Origin: an uncultured bacterium
Lineage (GTDB): Bacteria; Krumholzibacteriota; Krumholzibacteriia; LZORAL124-64-63
Assembly: GCA_963732385.1 (NCBI GenBank)
Contig: CAVSZB010000007.1
Coordinates: 480,001 to 544,000, forward strand
Length of the DNA stretch: 64,000 nucleotides
Direction of reading: 5' to 3'
Position numbers and translations under genes: made by a program. Below the pieces are notes generated by a model, which had not been told where the DNA came from, did not search any database, and saw only the letters and a program-made list of their open reading frames with translations. Positions 46,202-57,958 of the stretch are shown piece by piece. Position 1 is the stretch's first letter; every line of letters begins with the position of its first letter.

Positions 46202-47515
46202 CTAGCGATCAACAATCGTCGACATGAGTACGGCTTCCGCGACCAGTTCCTCCCCCACGAAGGCCTGCCCCCGCATCTTGCAGACCGGCCCCCGGATCTT
46301 CAGCAGTTCCAGTTCGAAGCGGAGCTGGTCGCCCGGCGTGACCGGCCGGCGGAACCGCGCCTGATCGATGCCGCTGAAATAGACCAGCTTGCAGGACGGA
46401 TTGTCCACGCTGCTAAGCAGCAGAACCCCGCCCGTCTGCGCCATCGCCTCGATGATGAGCACCGCCGGCATGATGGGATGACCGGGAAAGTGCCCCTGGA
46501 AGAACGGTTCGTTGATCGTGACGTTCTTGATACCGACCACGCGCCGCCCGTTGACCAGCTCGGTGATGCGATCCACGAGCAGGAAGGGATAGCGGTGCGG
46601 CATGATTCCCATGATCGCGCCGATGTCCCACTGCGTCGGATGGCGCGCAGGGTAGGTCCGCGCCTGCTTCCGCTCGCGGCGAGCCAGCTCCCTAACGAAC
46701 GCCACGTTCGAATCGTGCCCCGCACGCCGCGCCGTGATGTGCCCCTGGATCGGCATGCCCAGCAGCGACAGATCGCCGAGCAGGTCGAGAATCTTGTGCC
46801 GCACGAATTCGTCGCGGAAGCGCAGGGTCGTGTCGCCGACCAGGTGACCGTCTTCGACGATGAGCGCGTTGCGCAGGGTCCCGCCCCGCCCCAGCCCCAT
46901 CGCCTGGAGCCTCGCCACGTCCCGCTTGAGCGCGAAGGTGCGGCACGGCGCAATCTCCCGGCGGAACACCTCCGGCCGGATGTCGAACGTAGCCGACTGG
47001 CGACCGATCAACGGGTCGTCGTAGTCGATATGGAAAGTCAGCGTGAAACTCTCGGCCGGCACTGCGTCCAGTTCCACGTCCCCCAGACGCAGCGAAATGG
47101 GAAAGGGCACCTTGAAATAGACCGCCGGCAACCCCTGATCCTCGATCCCCGCCCCTTCCAGCAGTTCCAGATACGCCAGAACGCTGCCGTCCGCCGGCTC
47201 CGGGGGCTCAACGCCCCGGATCAGCACCCGGCAATTCGTCACCCCAGCGCCGGCCAAAGAGGCCATCACATGCTCAACAGTCTGGACCCGCACCTCGCCC
47301 AGGCCGAGCGTGGTGTTGCGCAGGCCGCCCTGATCAGTCGGCACGTTCTCCACCACGGCCGCGATTTCCGCCTGCCCTGCGGGCGTGGTCACCACGAACA
47401 CAATGCCGCTGTTGGGCGGCGCCGGCTCGAAAGTGATCGTCGACTGCGCACCGGTATGCAGCCCGACCCCTTCCATGGTGACGGCGCGGCTCAGAGTGCG
47501 CTGCTGGAGGATCAT
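46202..47515 (-). CDS. lpxC/fabZ: Bifunctional LpxC-FabZ fusion
   Basis: [20 protein letters not shown] followed by [23 protein letters not shown]. Confidence 0.96.
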   Translation of the reverse strand: MILQQRTLSRAVTMEGVGLHTGAQSTITFEPAPPNSGIVFVVTTPAGQAEIAAVVENVPTDQGGLRNTTLGLGEVRVQTVEHVMASLAGAGVTNCRVLIRGVEPPEPADGSVLAYLELLEGAGIEDQGLPAVYFKVPFPISLRLGDVELDAVPAESFTLTFHIDYDDPLIGRQSATFDIRPEVFRREIAPCRTFALKRDVARLQAMGLGRGGTLRNALIVEDGHLVGDTTLRFRDEFVRHKILDLLGDLSLLGMPIQGHITARRAGHDSNVAFVRELARRERKQARTYPARHPTQWDIGAIMGIMPHRYPFLLVDRITELVNGRRVVGIKNVTINEPFFQGHFPGHPIMPAVLIIEAMAQTGGVLLLSSVDNPSCKLVYFSGIDQARFRRPVTPGDQLRFELELLKIRGPVCKMRGQAFVGEELVAEAVLMSTIVDR

Positions 47516-48564
47516 CAGAGCTTCTCCTCCCCGGCCCGGCCGGCCAGGCCGAGCGCAACTTCGACTGCTCGCAGGCGTGCCGCGAACTCCGGCAGACGAT
47601 GTGTGAGGGCGATCAGGCGGAAAGCCCGCCGCCGCTCCACCGCCGGGTAGCCGAATACTGCGGTGCCGGCCGGCAGGTCGCGATCAAGTCCGGACTGGGC
47701 GCCCACCTTGACATCGTTGCCAACGCGCAGATGATCCCCACAGCCGGCCTGACCGCCCATGACCACACGATCTCCCAAAACCGAACTGCCGGAAATCCCG
47801 CACTGGGCAGAGAGGGCGCAGTCCCGTCCGATCACCACGTTGTGCCCGACCTGCACCAGGTTGTCGATCTTGCTGCCGCGACCCACCCGCGTGACGTCGG
47901 TCTGGGCCCGGTCGACGCAGGCGTTGGCCCCCACTTCGACGCGGTCCTCGAGGACCACGTTGCCGATCTGCGGGATCTTGCGCAATCCCTCGGCGCCAGG
48001 GAGGTAGCCAAAACCGTCACTGCCGACCACCGCCCCTGCGTGGATAATCACTTCCGCACCCAGCACGCATTCCTCCCGCACGACAGAGTGCGGGTAGAGG
48101 GTGCAGTCGACCCCGAGCACGGCATCAGGTCCGATCACGACATGCGCCCCCAGGGCGCACCGGTCACCCAGGCGCGCGCCCGCGCCCACGACCGCATACG
48201 GCCCGATCGATACCCCCTGCCCCAACTCGGCGGTGGCGTCGACCACCGCGGTCGGGTGCACACCCTCCGGGAAAATGCGTGCGCGGGGCGGCGCGAACCG
48301 TACCAGCACCGCCGCAAACGCCGCGTGAGGATCGGCGGCGCGCAGACAGGGCAGCCGGGTCGTCACTCCCGGCCTCAGGATCACCGCGGCGGCGCCGGTA
48401 TCCTCCAGATGCCGCACGAAGCGGGAACTGTCGACAAAAGTGATCTGCCCGGCGCCGGCCATTTCGATGCCGGCCGCGCCGCGGATGAGCGGGTCGAGGT
48501 CCCCCTCGCGCGTCAGACCCAGCGCCGACGCCAGTTCGCTCAACCGCACGGCGATCATCGGCAT
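47515..48564 (-). CDS. lpxD: UDP-3-O-acylglucosamine N-acyltransferase
   Basis: [25 protein letters not shown]. Confidence 0.96.
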   Translation of the reverse strand: MPMIAVRLSELASALGLTREGDLDPLIRGAAGIEMAGAGQITFVDSSRFVRHLEDTGAAAVILRPGVTTRLPCLRAADPHAAFAAVLVRFAPPRARIFPEGVHPTAVVDATAELGQGVSIGPYAVVGAGARLGDRCALGAHVVIGPDAVLGVDCTLYPHSVVREECVLGAEVIIHAGAVVGSDGFGYLPGAEGLRKIPQIGNVVLEDRVEVGANACVDRAQTDVTRVGRGSKIDNLVQVGHNVVIGRDCALSAQCGISGSSVLGDRVVMGGQAGCGDHLRVGNDVKVGAQSGLDRDLPAGTAVFGYPAVERRRAFRLIALTHRLPEFAARLRAVEVALGLAGRAGEEKL

Positions 48565-48595
48565 GCCCCACCCTTCCGGCCTGATCGGCGGACCG

Positions 48596-49138
48596 TCACT
48601 TGCCGCTGACCAGAGCGGTGAGGACCTTGTCGGTCAGGTCGACGCTCGAGTCGATGTAGATGGTGGTCAGCGAGGCGCTGTCGAGGATGAGCGCGAACCC
48701 CTCCTCCTTGCCGAGCCGTTCCGCAATCGTGCGCACCTGGTCGAGGATAGGGCCGATGCGGGTCTTGTAGTCCTGGGCGACCTTCTCCTCAGCCTGCTGC
48801 TGGAAGGTGTAGTAATCATCCCGCATCTTCTGGAATTCCAACTGTTTCTGCTGCAGCGCCGCTTCGCCCAGCAGCATCTTCTGGCTGTCGAGATCCTCCA
48901 GAAAACGCTGGAGAGTCTTCTCCTTCGTTTCCATCTCGCGCTCGAGGTCCTGGACGTACTTCTTGTGGGCCTCGGAGGCATCGCGGGCGGCCCCGTACTC
49001 CTTGGCCAGACGCTGAGAATCGATCAACGCGATCGGCTTGCTCTCCGCGCAAGCGGGCGGGGGCGCGGTCATCAGCGCGCCCAGCGCCAACGCGACGGGC
49101 ACGGACAAGCGCGCGAAACGACGGACAAGTGAATTCAT
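48596..49138 (-). CDS. skp: Skp/OmpH chaperone
   Basis: Signal peptide, IALIDSQ, coiled coil, DLTDKVL; between bamA and lpxD. Confidence 0.9.
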   Translation of the reverse strand: MNSLVRRFARLSVPVALALGALMTAPPPACAESKPIALIDSQRLAKEYGAARDASEAHKKYVQDLEREMETKEKTLQRFLEDLDSQKMLLGEAALQQKQLEFQKMRDDYYTFQQQAEEKVAQDYKTRIGPILDQVRTIAERLGKEEGFALILDSASLTTIYIDSSVDLTDKVLTALVSGK

Positions 49139-49163
49139 GCCTGCTCCTTAGGAGACCATGCGA

Positions 49164-51476
49164 TCAAAAGAAGGTGCCAAAATTGAAATGTGGCTCCCAG
49201 GACGGGCCACCGAGGCGGTCGAAACCATAGCCATAGTCAAAGCCAATCTGGCCCATCATCGGCACATCGACCCGGAGGCCGAATCCCGCGCCCTTGCGCA
49301 GGTTCGTGAAGTCGGCCTCACCGAAGCTGTTCCAAGCGTCACCCTGATCCAGGAAAGCTAGCACCTGCACCGCCTTCGTCAAGGGATACAGGACTTCCGT
49401 GTTCAGGATGGTGAAGAACCTGCCGCCGATAAAACCGGGGTTGCCGCGCGGAACTACCTCCAGATCCCGGTATCCCCGCAGCGGATAGAGCCGATTGCCG
49501 CCCAGGCGGAACTTCTCGTAGTCCGGCACCTGGTCGGCACTGTCGAGGCCGACGATCAGTCCGAGCATGGTGCGCAGGTTGAGCGCCAGCCCCCCCGGCA
49601 GCTTCTGGAAGTAGGAGTGCGTGAGGAAATGCTTTTGATAGTCAATGTCCGCGCCGAGCGGCCCGCCGGACAGCTCCACGCTGTAATTGGTGCGCGAACC
49701 GGAGGTGGGGAAGAAGGGGCTGTCCGTTGAATTGCGATTGAGCGTGAACGTGAGCGCGCTCTTGCGCCGGGGCCAATCGACACGATCCAACCGCTCGAAT
49801 GGCAGCTCGCTGGTGCCGATCTGCGACTCCAGGTTGTTGAGATAGTCGATGTAGGACTGGCTGAAATTCGCGAGTCGCGTCGCCGACAGCTCGTACCGCA
49901 GGCCAACGGTGCTGCGCCGCGTGCCGGGGATCCGACGGCCGAGTCGCAGGGCGAAACCGCGCACCCGGCTCTCGTAGAAGTCGTCGAAGTTGTACTGGAA
50001 TCGATCGAACAGATCCGCGCCGAGCGTAGTCGGCGTGCCGCGGAACCACGGCTCCGTGAAACTAAGGTCGACGTAGCGTCGCCGACTGCCGAACTGCCAG
50101 GCCAGGCTGACGTTCTGCCCCTTGCCGAGGAAATTGTTCTCCGCGACCTGGATGAAACCGGTCACCGACGTCTGCGCGCTGTAGGCCATGCCGAACGAGA
50201 ACTGGCCGGTCTGCTTCTCTTTCACCTTGAAGACCAGGTCGATGTCGCCGCTGTCGTCCGTCGGCTGCGGCTCCACCTGCACATCCTCGAAGTAGCCCAG
50301 GCCGAAGATGTCCCGCTGGGAGTTCCCAACCTTGCTGTTGCTGAAGATATCGCCCGGGAAGATGGACAGTTGCCGCAGGATGACCCGGTCGTAAGTCTTG
50401 GAATTGTCGATGACCTCGATGTCGCGAACGCGCGCCGGCTCCCCCTCGCGGAAGGTGAAACTGAGATCGACGGTGTCCCCGCGAACGTTGCGTACCGGCT
50501 CAATGGTGGCGTAGATGTGTCCGCTGTCGTAGTAGAGCGAGTGCAAACCCTGCAGCATGCGCTGGTAATCGCCCTCGCTGAACAGTTTGCCCTTCCGGAG
50601 GGTGATGTGCTCGGCGATCGCAGCATCGTCGAACACCTTGTTCGCGGACCAGTTGATGTCGCCCACGCGATAGAGGCTCCCCTCCGTGACGTGGATGACC
50701 AGGTCAAGATTCTCGCGATCCTCGGCCAGCGTCTGTTCGACCTCCGTAATCGCAGCGTCGAGGTAGCCACGATCGCGGTACCAGCTGACGATGCGTTCGC
50801 GGTCCTCCTCGAACTGTTTCTTCTTGAACGCCCCGCTGCGCAGGAAACCGCCCGTCTTCTGTTTCATGGCGCCGCGCAGGTCGTCCGAGCTGGCGGTCTG
50901 GTTCCCCACGAAGGCGATGGACCGCGCCTTGACCTTCTTGCCTTCGACGATCTGCACGGTCACGTCGGTCAATCCGGCGGCGTCCACCCGGGTGGTGTCG
51001 GTCGTGACGGCGACGTTGTAGTACCCGCGGTCGTAGTACAGTTCGCGGATCTTCCCGAGGTCACGCGCGATGATCGCCGGATTGGCGAACTGCCCGACCG
51101 TGGGCGGGAAAACCTCGACCAGATCCTCTTTCTTCACCTTCTCATTGCCCTTGAAGGCGACCTGCCGCACGCGCGGGAACTCGGACAGGTTGACCAGCAG
51201 GCGAACGCCGCCCGACTCGGGCTGCGCATAGACGAAGAGGTCCGAAAACTTCTGCGTGGCGTAGAGCCGCCGGATTCCGGCGGCCACGGCGTCGCGCGAG
51301 AGCGGCTTGCCGGGCTCGAGCCCGCTCCACGCGACGACCTGCCGGGCCGAAACGGTCCGCGCCCCAACGACCGTCACGCCGGTCACGACCGGTTCCGCGG
51401 CGCGCACCTGCACGGCCCAAACAGCCGCAGCCCAGGCGACGGCGAGAACGAGAGGCCGGAATCGGAAGGCTGTCAT
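49164..51476 (-). CDS. bamA: Outer membrane assembly factor BamA
   Basis: Five POTRA-like repeats, ENNFLGKGQ, FTEPW, LRGY, C-terminal F. Confidence 0.95.
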   Translation of the reverse strand: MTAFRFRPLVLAVAWAAAVWAVQVRAAEPVVTGVTVVGARTVSARQVVAWSGLEPGKPLSRDAVAAGIRRLYATQKFSDLFVYAQPESGGVRLLVNLSEFPRVRQVAFKGNEKVKKEDLVEVFPPTVGQFANPAIIARDLGKIRELYYDRGYYNVAVTTDTTRVDAAGLTDVTVQIVEGKKVKARSIAFVGNQTASSDDLRGAMKQKTGGFLRSGAFKKKQFEEDRERIVSWYRDRGYLDAAITEVEQTLAEDRENLDLVIHVTEGSLYRVGDINWSANKVFDDAAIAEHITLRKGKLFSEGDYQRMLQGLHSLYYDSGHIYATIEPVRNVRGDTVDLSFTFREGEPARVRDIEVIDNSKTYDRVILRQLSIFPGDIFSNSKVGNSQRDIFGLGYFEDVQVEPQPTDDSGDIDLVFKVKEKQTGQFSFGMAYSAQTSVTGFIQVAENNFLGKGQNVSLAWQFGSRRRYVDLSFTEPWFRGTPTTLGADLFDRFQYNFDDFYESRVRGFALRLGRRIPGTRRSTVGLRYELSATRLANFSQSYIDYLNNLESQIGTSELPFERLDRVDWPRRKSALTFTLNRNSTDSPFFPTSGSRTNYSVELSGGPLGADIDYQKHFLTHSYFQKLPGGLALNLRTMLGLIVGLDSADQVPDYEKFRLGGNRLYPLRGYRDLEVVPRGNPGFIGGRFFTILNTEVLYPLTKAVQVLAFLDQGDAWNSFGEADFTNLRKGAGFGLRVDVPMMGQIGFDYGYGFDRLGGPSWEPHFNFGTFF

Positions 51477-51696
51477 CCTCTGTTTACGCTCTCTCCGTGG
51501 AGGGGCGGGGGCACCGGGCGGACCGGCGGCACCCTAACAGAGGGCCCGCCGTCCGGCAACTCAAACGGCCAGGCGCGCCGCGAGTTCCCGCAATTTACGT
51601 CCCGCCGCCGCGCGCGGCAAGCAGGGGAATGCCCGAAACGCGGCCGGCCGTGGTCGGGCGACCGCGGCCGGCGGGGTCTTGGGAAGTCACAACCGA

Positions 51697-54198
51697 TCAG
51701 CCGGGTGGAACTCCTTCATGCGCGGCGTTCGCATCAACCGTGTCACGCGGCTCGACAGTGAAGCTGAGCCGCTCGTTGGCGGCCCCGATCACCAGGCGGC
51801 AATTGCTGCGCACCTCGCCCCGGAGCAGCTTCTCGCTGAGCGGATCCTCGACGTAGCGCTGGATCGCACGGCGCAACGGACGCGCTCCGTTGTCGGGGTC
51901 GAAGCCCACCGACGTCAGGAACTCCTTGGCTTCGGCCGTGAAGTCGAACTCGATTTCCAGGCTGGCCAGGCGTGAGTTCACGTCCCGCAGCAGGATCTCC
52001 ACGATCTGGCTCATGTGCCCGCGTTCGAGCGGCCGGAAGTAGATAACCTCGTCGATACGGTTGAGAAACTCGGGGCTGAAGGTCTTCTTGACGTCGCCGG
52101 AGATGCTCGTCTGGATCCGCCTCGCGGCGTTGTCGGCGGTGTCCGCTTCCGAATTGAACCCGAGCCCGCTGCTCGCCTTGGCATGACGGCCGCCGACATT
52201 CGAGGTCATGATCAACACCGTGTTCTTGAAATCCACCGTGCGTCCGAAACTGTCGGTCAGGTTCCCGTCCTCGAGCACCTGGAGCAGGATGTTGAAGACA
52301 TCCGGGTGCGCCTTCTCGATCTCGTCCAGCAGGACCACGGAGTAGGGCTTGCGCCGCACCTTCTCGGTCAGCATGCCACCCTCGTCGTAGCCCACGTAGC
52401 CGGGCGGGGCGCCCACCAGGCGCGAGACCGAGAACTTCTCCATGTATTCCGACATGTCGACGCGGATCAGCGCGGCCTGGTCGCCGAACAGGAACTCCGT
52501 CAGGCGCCGCGCCACCTCGGTCTTGCCCACGCCCGTGGGACCGAGGAAGATGAAGGAGCCGATCGGACGCCGCGGATCGCGCAGTCCGGCCCGGTTGCGG
52601 CGGATGGCCTTCGATACGGCCTCGATCGCCTCCTCCTGGCCGATGATCCACTTGCGCAGATCATCCTCCATGCGCAGCAGCTTGCGCGTCTCCTCCTCCT
52701 CGACCTCCGCCACCGGGATACCAGTGATGTCGGAGATGACCCGGCAGATCATTGCCGTGTCCACCAGGGCGACCTGGTCGCTCTTCTCCTCGCTCCAGCT
52801 CTTCTTCAGATCGGCCAGTTTGCGCTTGAGCTCCTTCTCTTCATCACGGCAACGAGCCGCCTTCTCGAACTCCTGCGCCTGGATGCACGACTCCTTCTCC
52901 TTGATGACCTCCTCGACCCGCTTCTCGATCTCGCGCAGGTCGGGCGGGATTACGGACATGGACAGCCTGGCCCGGGAACCGGCCTCGTCGATCACGTCGA
53001 TGGCCTTGTCAGGCAGGGCCCGACCGGAAATATAGCGGTTGGACAGGAACACCGCGGACCGGACCGCGTCGTCCTGGTACTTCACGCGATGATGCGCCTC
53101 GTAGCGGTCCCGCAGACCGAAGAGGATCTCGGTAGTTTCGGCCTCGCTCGGCGGGTTCACGATGATCGGCTGGAAGCGGCGCTCGAGCGCGCCGTCCTTC
53201 TCGATGAATTTGCGGTACTCGTCGAGTGTGGTGGCGCCGATGCACTGCATCTCTCCGCGCGACAGCGCCGGCTTCAGCATGTTCGAGGCGTCGATAGCAC
53301 CCTCGGCCCCGCCGGCTCCCACGATCGTGTGCAGTTCGTCGATGAACAGGATGATATAATCCGACTCGCGTATCTCCTGCATGATCTGCTTGAGCCGTTC
53401 CTCGAACTGGCCGCGGTATTTTGTGCCGGCGACAACGCTCGCGAGATCGAGGGTGATGATCTCCTTCTCGCGCAACGGACCCGGCACGTGCCCCTCCACG
53501 ATGCGCGATGCGAGGCCCTCGGCTATGGCGGTCTTGCCGACGCCCGGCTCCCCGATCAGCACCGGATTGTTCTTCTTGCGCCGGCTGAGGATCTGGATGA
53601 CGCGCTCGATTTCCTTGTCGCGTCCGATGGTCGGATCGAGCACCCCCTCGCGGGCCATCTGGGTCAGGTTGCGACCGAACTGGTCGAGGATCGGCGTCTC
53701 CTTCTTGGCCGACTTGCCGTTCCTCTTGCTGGCGACCGGCGCGGACGGTTGGCCTCTCGCTCCCGATCCCAGCGCCTTCATGACCTCGCGCTTGACCTTT
53801 TCGTGATCCGCGCCGAGATCCGTCAGGACACGCGCCGCCACCCCATCGCCTTCCTTGATCAGGGCCAGCAGGAGATGCTCGGTGCCGACGTAGGTGTGAC
53901 CGTGCAGTTTCGCCTCGTCGATCGACAGTTCAAGCACACGCTTGGCGCGGGGCGTGAAGGGGATCTCGCCGATCGTGATCGCACCGCTCTGCGGCGTGAC
54001 GATTTCCTCGATCGCCCGCTGCATCTGCTCGAAGTCCACCGCCAGGCGCCGGAGGACCTGGGCCGCAACACCCTCCCCCTCCCTGATGATGCCGAGCAGA
54101 AGGTGCTCCGTGCCGATGTAGTCGTGCTGCATGCGTCCCGCTTCCTCGCGCGCGAGGAAGAGAACCTTGCGAACCCTCTGCGTGAAGCGATCGTTCAT
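51697..54198 (-). CDS. clpC: ClpC AAA+ chaperone
   Basis: Double N-repeat, GEPGVGKT, short UVR M-domain, GPTGVGKT; follows mcsB. Confidence 0.96.
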   Translation of the reverse strand: MNDRFTQRVRKVLFLAREEAGRMQHDYIGTEHLLLGIIREGEGVAAQVLRRLAVDFEQMQRAIEEIVTPQSGAITIGEIPFTPRAKRVLELSIDEAKLHGHTYVGTEHLLLALIKEGDGVAARVLTDLGADHEKVKREVMKALGSGARGQPSAPVASKRNGKSAKKETPILDQFGRNLTQMAREGVLDPTIGRDKEIERVIQILSRRKKNNPVLIGEPGVGKTAIAEGLASRIVEGHVPGPLREKEIITLDLASVVAGTKYRGQFEERLKQIMQEIRESDYIILFIDELHTIVGAGGAEGAIDASNMLKPALSRGEMQCIGATTLDEYRKFIEKDGALERRFQPIIVNPPSEAETTEILFGLRDRYEAHHRVKYQDDAVRSAVFLSNRYISGRALPDKAIDVIDEAGSRARLSMSVIPPDLREIEKRVEEVIKEKESCIQAQEFEKAARCRDEEKELKRKLADLKKSWSEEKSDQVALVDTAMICRVISDITGIPVAEVEEEETRKLLRMEDDLRKWIIGQEEAIEAVSKAIRRNRAGLRDPRRPIGSFIFLGPTGVGKTEVARRLTEFLFGDQAALIRVDMSEYMEKFSVSRLVGAPPGYVGYDEGGMLTEKVRRKPYSVVLLDEIEKAHPDVFNILLQVLEDGNLTDSFGRTVDFKNTVLIMTSNVGGRHAKASSGLGFNSEADTADNAARRIQTSISGDVKKTFSPEFLNRIDEVIYFRPLERGHMSQIVEILLRDVNSRLASLEIEFDFTAEAKEFLTSVGFDPDNGARPLRRAIQRYVEDPLSEKLLRGEVRSNCRLVIGAANERLSFTVEPRDTVDANAAHEGVPPG

Positions 54199-54369
54199 GA
54201 TCCGGCGCCTCCGTTCGCGACGGGCGAGCCGGCGGCGACAGAAAGCCGCTCACCCCGCACGTATGCGCGCAATATACGCAGACCCCCACGGCCACGCCAG
54301 CGCGGCCCACGGGTCGGGAACCTGCGGTTATCATCGCGCCGCCGGCGTCCGGCTTGAGTGCAAACCGCG

Positions 54370-55416
54370 TCAGGCGAAAAGCTTGCGCAGATACGCGGCG
54401 CGCGCGGCCGCGCGTTCGCGGCCCTTGATGGCGGCGCCAGCGCTCACCTGCACGTGGGCCGGCTGCATTTCCACCAGCGCCCGGTTGAGCTGCCCCATCG
54501 GCAGCGGTGGCAGGACGCCGAGGCAGACGCCGAGCCGCACGTGGGAAAGACGGTCGAACGCCTCGGTGGAGGTCATCAGCCAGGCTCCCCGCACCGTGCC
54601 GAAGGCACGGTGCGCCATGTCGCGCACACCATCGGGGTCGCGCTCGAACAGCCCGTCACGCGCCAGCTTCTCGTAATGGATGACCTTGGACACGTGCCGC
54701 GTGAAATCGTTCGTGATCGTCTCTTCGCTGCGCCCGAGCGTGCCCATGTTCGAGATCTGGAACAACGCGCCGCGCACAGCGCTCCCCTCCCCGAACAGGC
54801 CACGCACCGTGAACTGAAGCTGTCGCAATGAATTGAGGATTTTCTCGATCTCGTTCGTGAGCACGAGTGCCGGCAGGTGGATAAGCACGGAAATCCTGAA
54901 AGCCGTGCCCACATTGGTCGGGCAGGCGGTGAGATAGCCGAATTCATCCGACCAGGCGAAATCCAGCACATCCTCCAGTTCCCCGTCCAGCGCGAGCGCG
55001 TCCCCGCAGGTGGCCACCGGATCGAATCCGGGCCGAAACACCTGCACCCGCAGATGGTCCTCCTCATTGACCATGACCACCCGGCGCAGATCCGTCGAGA
55101 ACAGCAACCCCCGGTGGCGGGAATCGCGCACCAGATCGGGACTCGCCAAATGACTCTCCAGCAGGAACTTGCGTTCATGGGCGCGGCAATCGGCCAGCGC
55201 CAGATCCCCTCCGGCCATGAAGGACGGTCGATCCAGAATCCGCCGTCCTGCCTCCTGGCGGATCGCAGCCAGTTCGGCTTCGCCGGCGTGATGCGTGAAG
55301 TGGCGCCCGCGCAGATTGCGCGCCAGACGGACCCTGGTGGAGATGACGATCTGTCCGTAGGGCCCCGACCCGTCCAGCCAGACCGGCTCGCGGCCGGAGA
55401 TGTCGGCGAACGACAT
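54370..55416 (-). CDS. mcsB: Protein-arginine kinase McsB
   Basis: STRVRLARN, MVNEEDHLR, GYLTACPTNVGT, VRGLFGEGS. Confidence 0.95.
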   Translation of the reverse strand: MSFADISGREPVWLDGSGPYGQIVISTRVRLARNLRGRHFTHHAGEAELAAIRQEAGRRILDRPSFMAGGDLALADCRAHERKFLLESHLASPDLVRDSRHRGLLFSTDLRRVVMVNEEDHLRVQVFRPGFDPVATCGDALALDGELEDVLDFAWSDEFGYLTACPTNVGTAFRISVLIHLPALVLTNEIEKILNSLRQLQFTVRGLFGEGSAVRGALFQISNMGTLGRSEETITNDFTRHVSKVIHYEKLARDGLFERDPDGVRDMAHRAFGTVRGAWLMTSTEAFDRLSHVRLGVCLGVLPPLPMGQLNRALVEMQPAHVQVSAGAAIKGRERAAARAAYLRKLFA

Positions 55417-55998
55417 TTATGCCTCCTCGCGCGGGGGGCCGGACGGCCCGTCCCCGCCGGCGGTGTCGGCGCTGCGATCGAGCGACTCGGTGAGCCGCTC
55501 CTGCTGCCGGATCACGTCGCGCAGCCGGGCCGCCTCCTCGTAGCTCTCATGGCCCACCGCCTGTTCGAGCCGCGCCTTCAATTGCGCGATCTCGCGCTGC
55601 AGCGCGGCACGCGGACCATGCGCGCGCGGCAGCTTGCCCACGTGGCTCACGTCCCCGTGGAAGCGACGTAGCATCGGCAGCAGCTGGCGACGGAAAGCCA
55701 CATAGCAGTCGGGGCAGCCGAGCATGCCGCTTGCCTGCAGCCGCCGGTACTCATACCCGCAGGTCGGGCAGGTCGGGCCCTCCGTCCCCCGCTCGCGTGC
55801 CCGCTCCTGTGGCGCGGACTTGAGCATCTCGCCGAGGAAGGCATCGAGCGCACCGTGCACAGCCGTGGCGTCTTCGCCAGGCGCGATCCCTTCCCGGTCC
55901 GCGCACTCGTGGCAGAGCCACTGGCTCGTCTTCTGCCCCTCGATGATCTCGATGTAGTGGATCGTCGCCTCGCGCTCGCCGCAGATGTGGCATTTCAC
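55417..55998 (-). CDS. mcsA: McsA
   Basis: Four CxxC motifs, LGCPDCY, HVGKLP, UVR domain ESYEEAARLRD. Confidence 0.95.
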   Translation of the reverse strand: MKCHICGEREATIHYIEIIEGQKTSQWLCHECADREGIAPGEDATAVHGALDAFLGEMLKSAPQERARERGTEGPTCPTCGYEYRRLQASGMLGCPDCYVAFRRQLLPMLRRFHGDVSHVGKLPRAHGPRAALQREIAQLKARLEQAVGHESYEEAARLRDVIRQQERLTESLDRSADTAGGDGPSGPPREEA

Positions 55999-56696
55999 AA
56001 TGTCCGCCCCTCTCCCGCCGCCCCGACCGGCACCAGCCTGCCGTCGCCCAGCAACAGCGTACGATCCGCCTTCGCCGCGAGGCTGCGGTCATGTGTGACG
56101 ATCACCAGGGCCGTGCCCTCCCGCGCGCGCAATTCGAACAGCAGGCGGCTCAGATCCTCGCCCTTGGCGCGGTCGAGGTTGCCGAACGGCTCATCCGCCA
56201 GCACGGCGCCCGGCCGGTTCATGAACGCCCGCGCCACCGCCACCCGCTGCTGCTCGCCCCCCGACAACTCACCGGGGAGATGATCCGAGCGCCCGGTCAG
56301 ACCGAGCGCGTCGAGCAGTCCCGCGGCCCTGGACCGGGCCGCCGCATCGAGGGGACCGGACATGCGCGCCGGCAGCAGCACGTTCTCCAGGGCGGTGAAA
56401 TCGGGCAGCAGGAAATGCGACTGGAATACGAACCCGAGCTCACGGTTGCGCCAGGCCGCCAGGCGGTCGCCGCGACGGGCGAGTTCACATCCGCGGTGCA
56501 GCACCATCCCGGCCGTCGGCGCGTCGAGTCCCCCGAGCACGTTAAGCAGCGTGCTCTTGCCCGCGCCGCTCGGGCCGGTGATCGCGACCGCCTCGCCCGA
56601 AGCGAGCGTAAAGTCACACTGCGCCAGGACGCAGACCTCGCCCTGCCGCCGCCGGTAGATCTTGCCCACGCCCCGCGCCTCGAGCAGAGGCTCCAC
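55995..56696 (-). CDS. lolD: LolD-type ABC ATPase
   Basis: GPSGAGKS, GFVFQSHFLLPDFTALEN, LSGGEQQRVA, DEPFGNLD. Confidence 0.9.
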   Translation of the reverse strand: MEPLLEARGVGKIYRRRQGEVCVLAQCDFTLASGEAVAITGPSGAGKSTLLNVLGGLDAPTAGMVLHRGCELARRGDRLAAWRNRELGFVFQSHFLLPDFTALENVLLPARMSGPLDAAARSRAAGLLDALGLTGRSDHLPGELSGGEQQRVAVARAFMNRPGAVLADEPFGNLDRAKGEDLSRLLFELRAREGTALVIVTHDRSLAAKADRTLLLGDGRLVPVGAAGEGRTL

Positions 56697-56707
56697 GACG
56701 CCTCCCG

Positions 56708-57958
56708 TCAGTTCCAGCGGATGATCTCCATCGGCCGCAGCCGCGCCGCCTCGCGACTCGGCCAGAGCGTGGCGAGCAGCGTGATGGCCAGCGCCGCACC
56801 CGCCACCGTGAGGAAGTCGCCAGCCTGCGCCACAGCCGGTACCCGGTCCACGAAGTAGACATCGCCCGGGAGCCGGAACCCGACCCGATCCAGGTAGAGG
56901 AAACCGAGATACCCCGCCAGGCTGCCCACGACGGTGCCGACCGCCCCGATCGCCAGCCCCTGCAGCACGAAGAGACCCTGCACCTGTGAGCTGCGCGCCC
57001 CCATGGCCAGCAGGATGCCGATCTCCCGGCCGCGCTCGCCCACCATCATGGTCAGGATGCCGATGATGTTGAACGCCGCCACCAGGATGATCAGACCCAG
57101 CAGGATGAACATGACCACCTTCTCGATCTTGATCCACTCGAATAGGTTCCGGTTGAGGGCGACCCAGTCGGTGGCACGGACGCGCTGCGCCCCCAACCGC
57201 GCCTCGATCGCCTGGGCGATCCGCGGCGCCGCAAGCATGTCGCCGACCCGCACCCCGATGCCGCTCGCTCCCTGCGGCCCATACCCGAATGCGGCGCGCG
57301 CCGCCTCGAGGGGGAGATAGACAAAGCGGCTGTCGAACTCGTACATGCCGGTCTCGAGGAACCCCTTCACCACGCAGGGTCGGCTCTGCGCCCGCAGGTC
57401 GTTCAGATCGAGGTTCCCCGCCGGCGCCGTGACCAGGACGGTATCGCCCAGGCCGGCGTAGAGCGAGGTCGCCAGTTCGGCCCCGAGCACGACACCAGGC
57501 ACCGCACCGGCCTGACGCAGGCCGGCCAGCGCCAGATCGCGCGGCAGCAAATGCGCGCGCAGCGGGGTGACGGCGTCCTGCAGGTCGGGATCGATGCCCC
57601 ACACGACCGCCGCGCGGTGGCGCGCCGGCCCGCTCCGCCCGCGCACGCTGACGATCGCCTCCTGCCGCACGAACGGCGCCACGCCGGTCACGCCCGGCAA
57701 CGTGCCGATCGTGTCCATGACGGCACCGAGACGCGTGAAGCCGTCGACCTCGCCGGTGACGACCGTGATCATCGGCATGCTGTCCACGAAAGTGCGGCGC
57801 ACCTCGGCGTGGAAACCGTTCATGATCGCCAGCGTGAGGTCCAGCACCATCACACCAAGCGCGATGCCGGTGATCGCGGTGACCGTGACCCGGTTCAGGA
57901 AACGTGACCGGCGCCGACTGCGCAGATAGCGGCCGGCGATATAGGCCGCGAACCTCAT
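56708..57958 (-). CDS. lolC: LolC/E-type ABC permease
   Basis: GIALGV..LAIMNGF, TGMYEFD, VAAFNI, EIGIL.AMGA. Confidence 0.9.
   Translation of the reverse strand: MRFAAYIAGRYLRSRRRSRFLNRVTVTAITGIALGVMVLDLTLAIMNGFHAEVRRTFVDSMPMITVVTGEVDGFTRLGAVMDTIGTLPGVTGVAPFVRQEAIVSVRGRSGPARHRAAVVWGIDPDLQDAVTPLRAHLLPRDLALAGLRQAGAVPGVVLGAELATSLYAGLGDTVLVTAPAGNLDLNDLRAQSRPCVVKGFLETGMYEFDSRFVYLPLEAARAAFGYGPQGASGIGVRVGDMLAAPRIAQAIEARLGAQRVRATDWVALNRNLFEWIKIEKVVMFILLGLIILVAAFNIIGILTMMVGERGREIGILLAMGARSSQVQGLFVLQGLAIGAVGTVVGSLAGYLGFLYLDRVGFRLPGDVYFVDRVPAVAQAGDFLTVAGAALAITLLATLWPSREAARLRPMEIIRWN

Noticed and set aside
46202..47515. LpxC-FabZ fusion as a novelty
   Set aside because: Already known from Bacteroidota/Chlorobiota and relatives; useful only as a taxonomic hint
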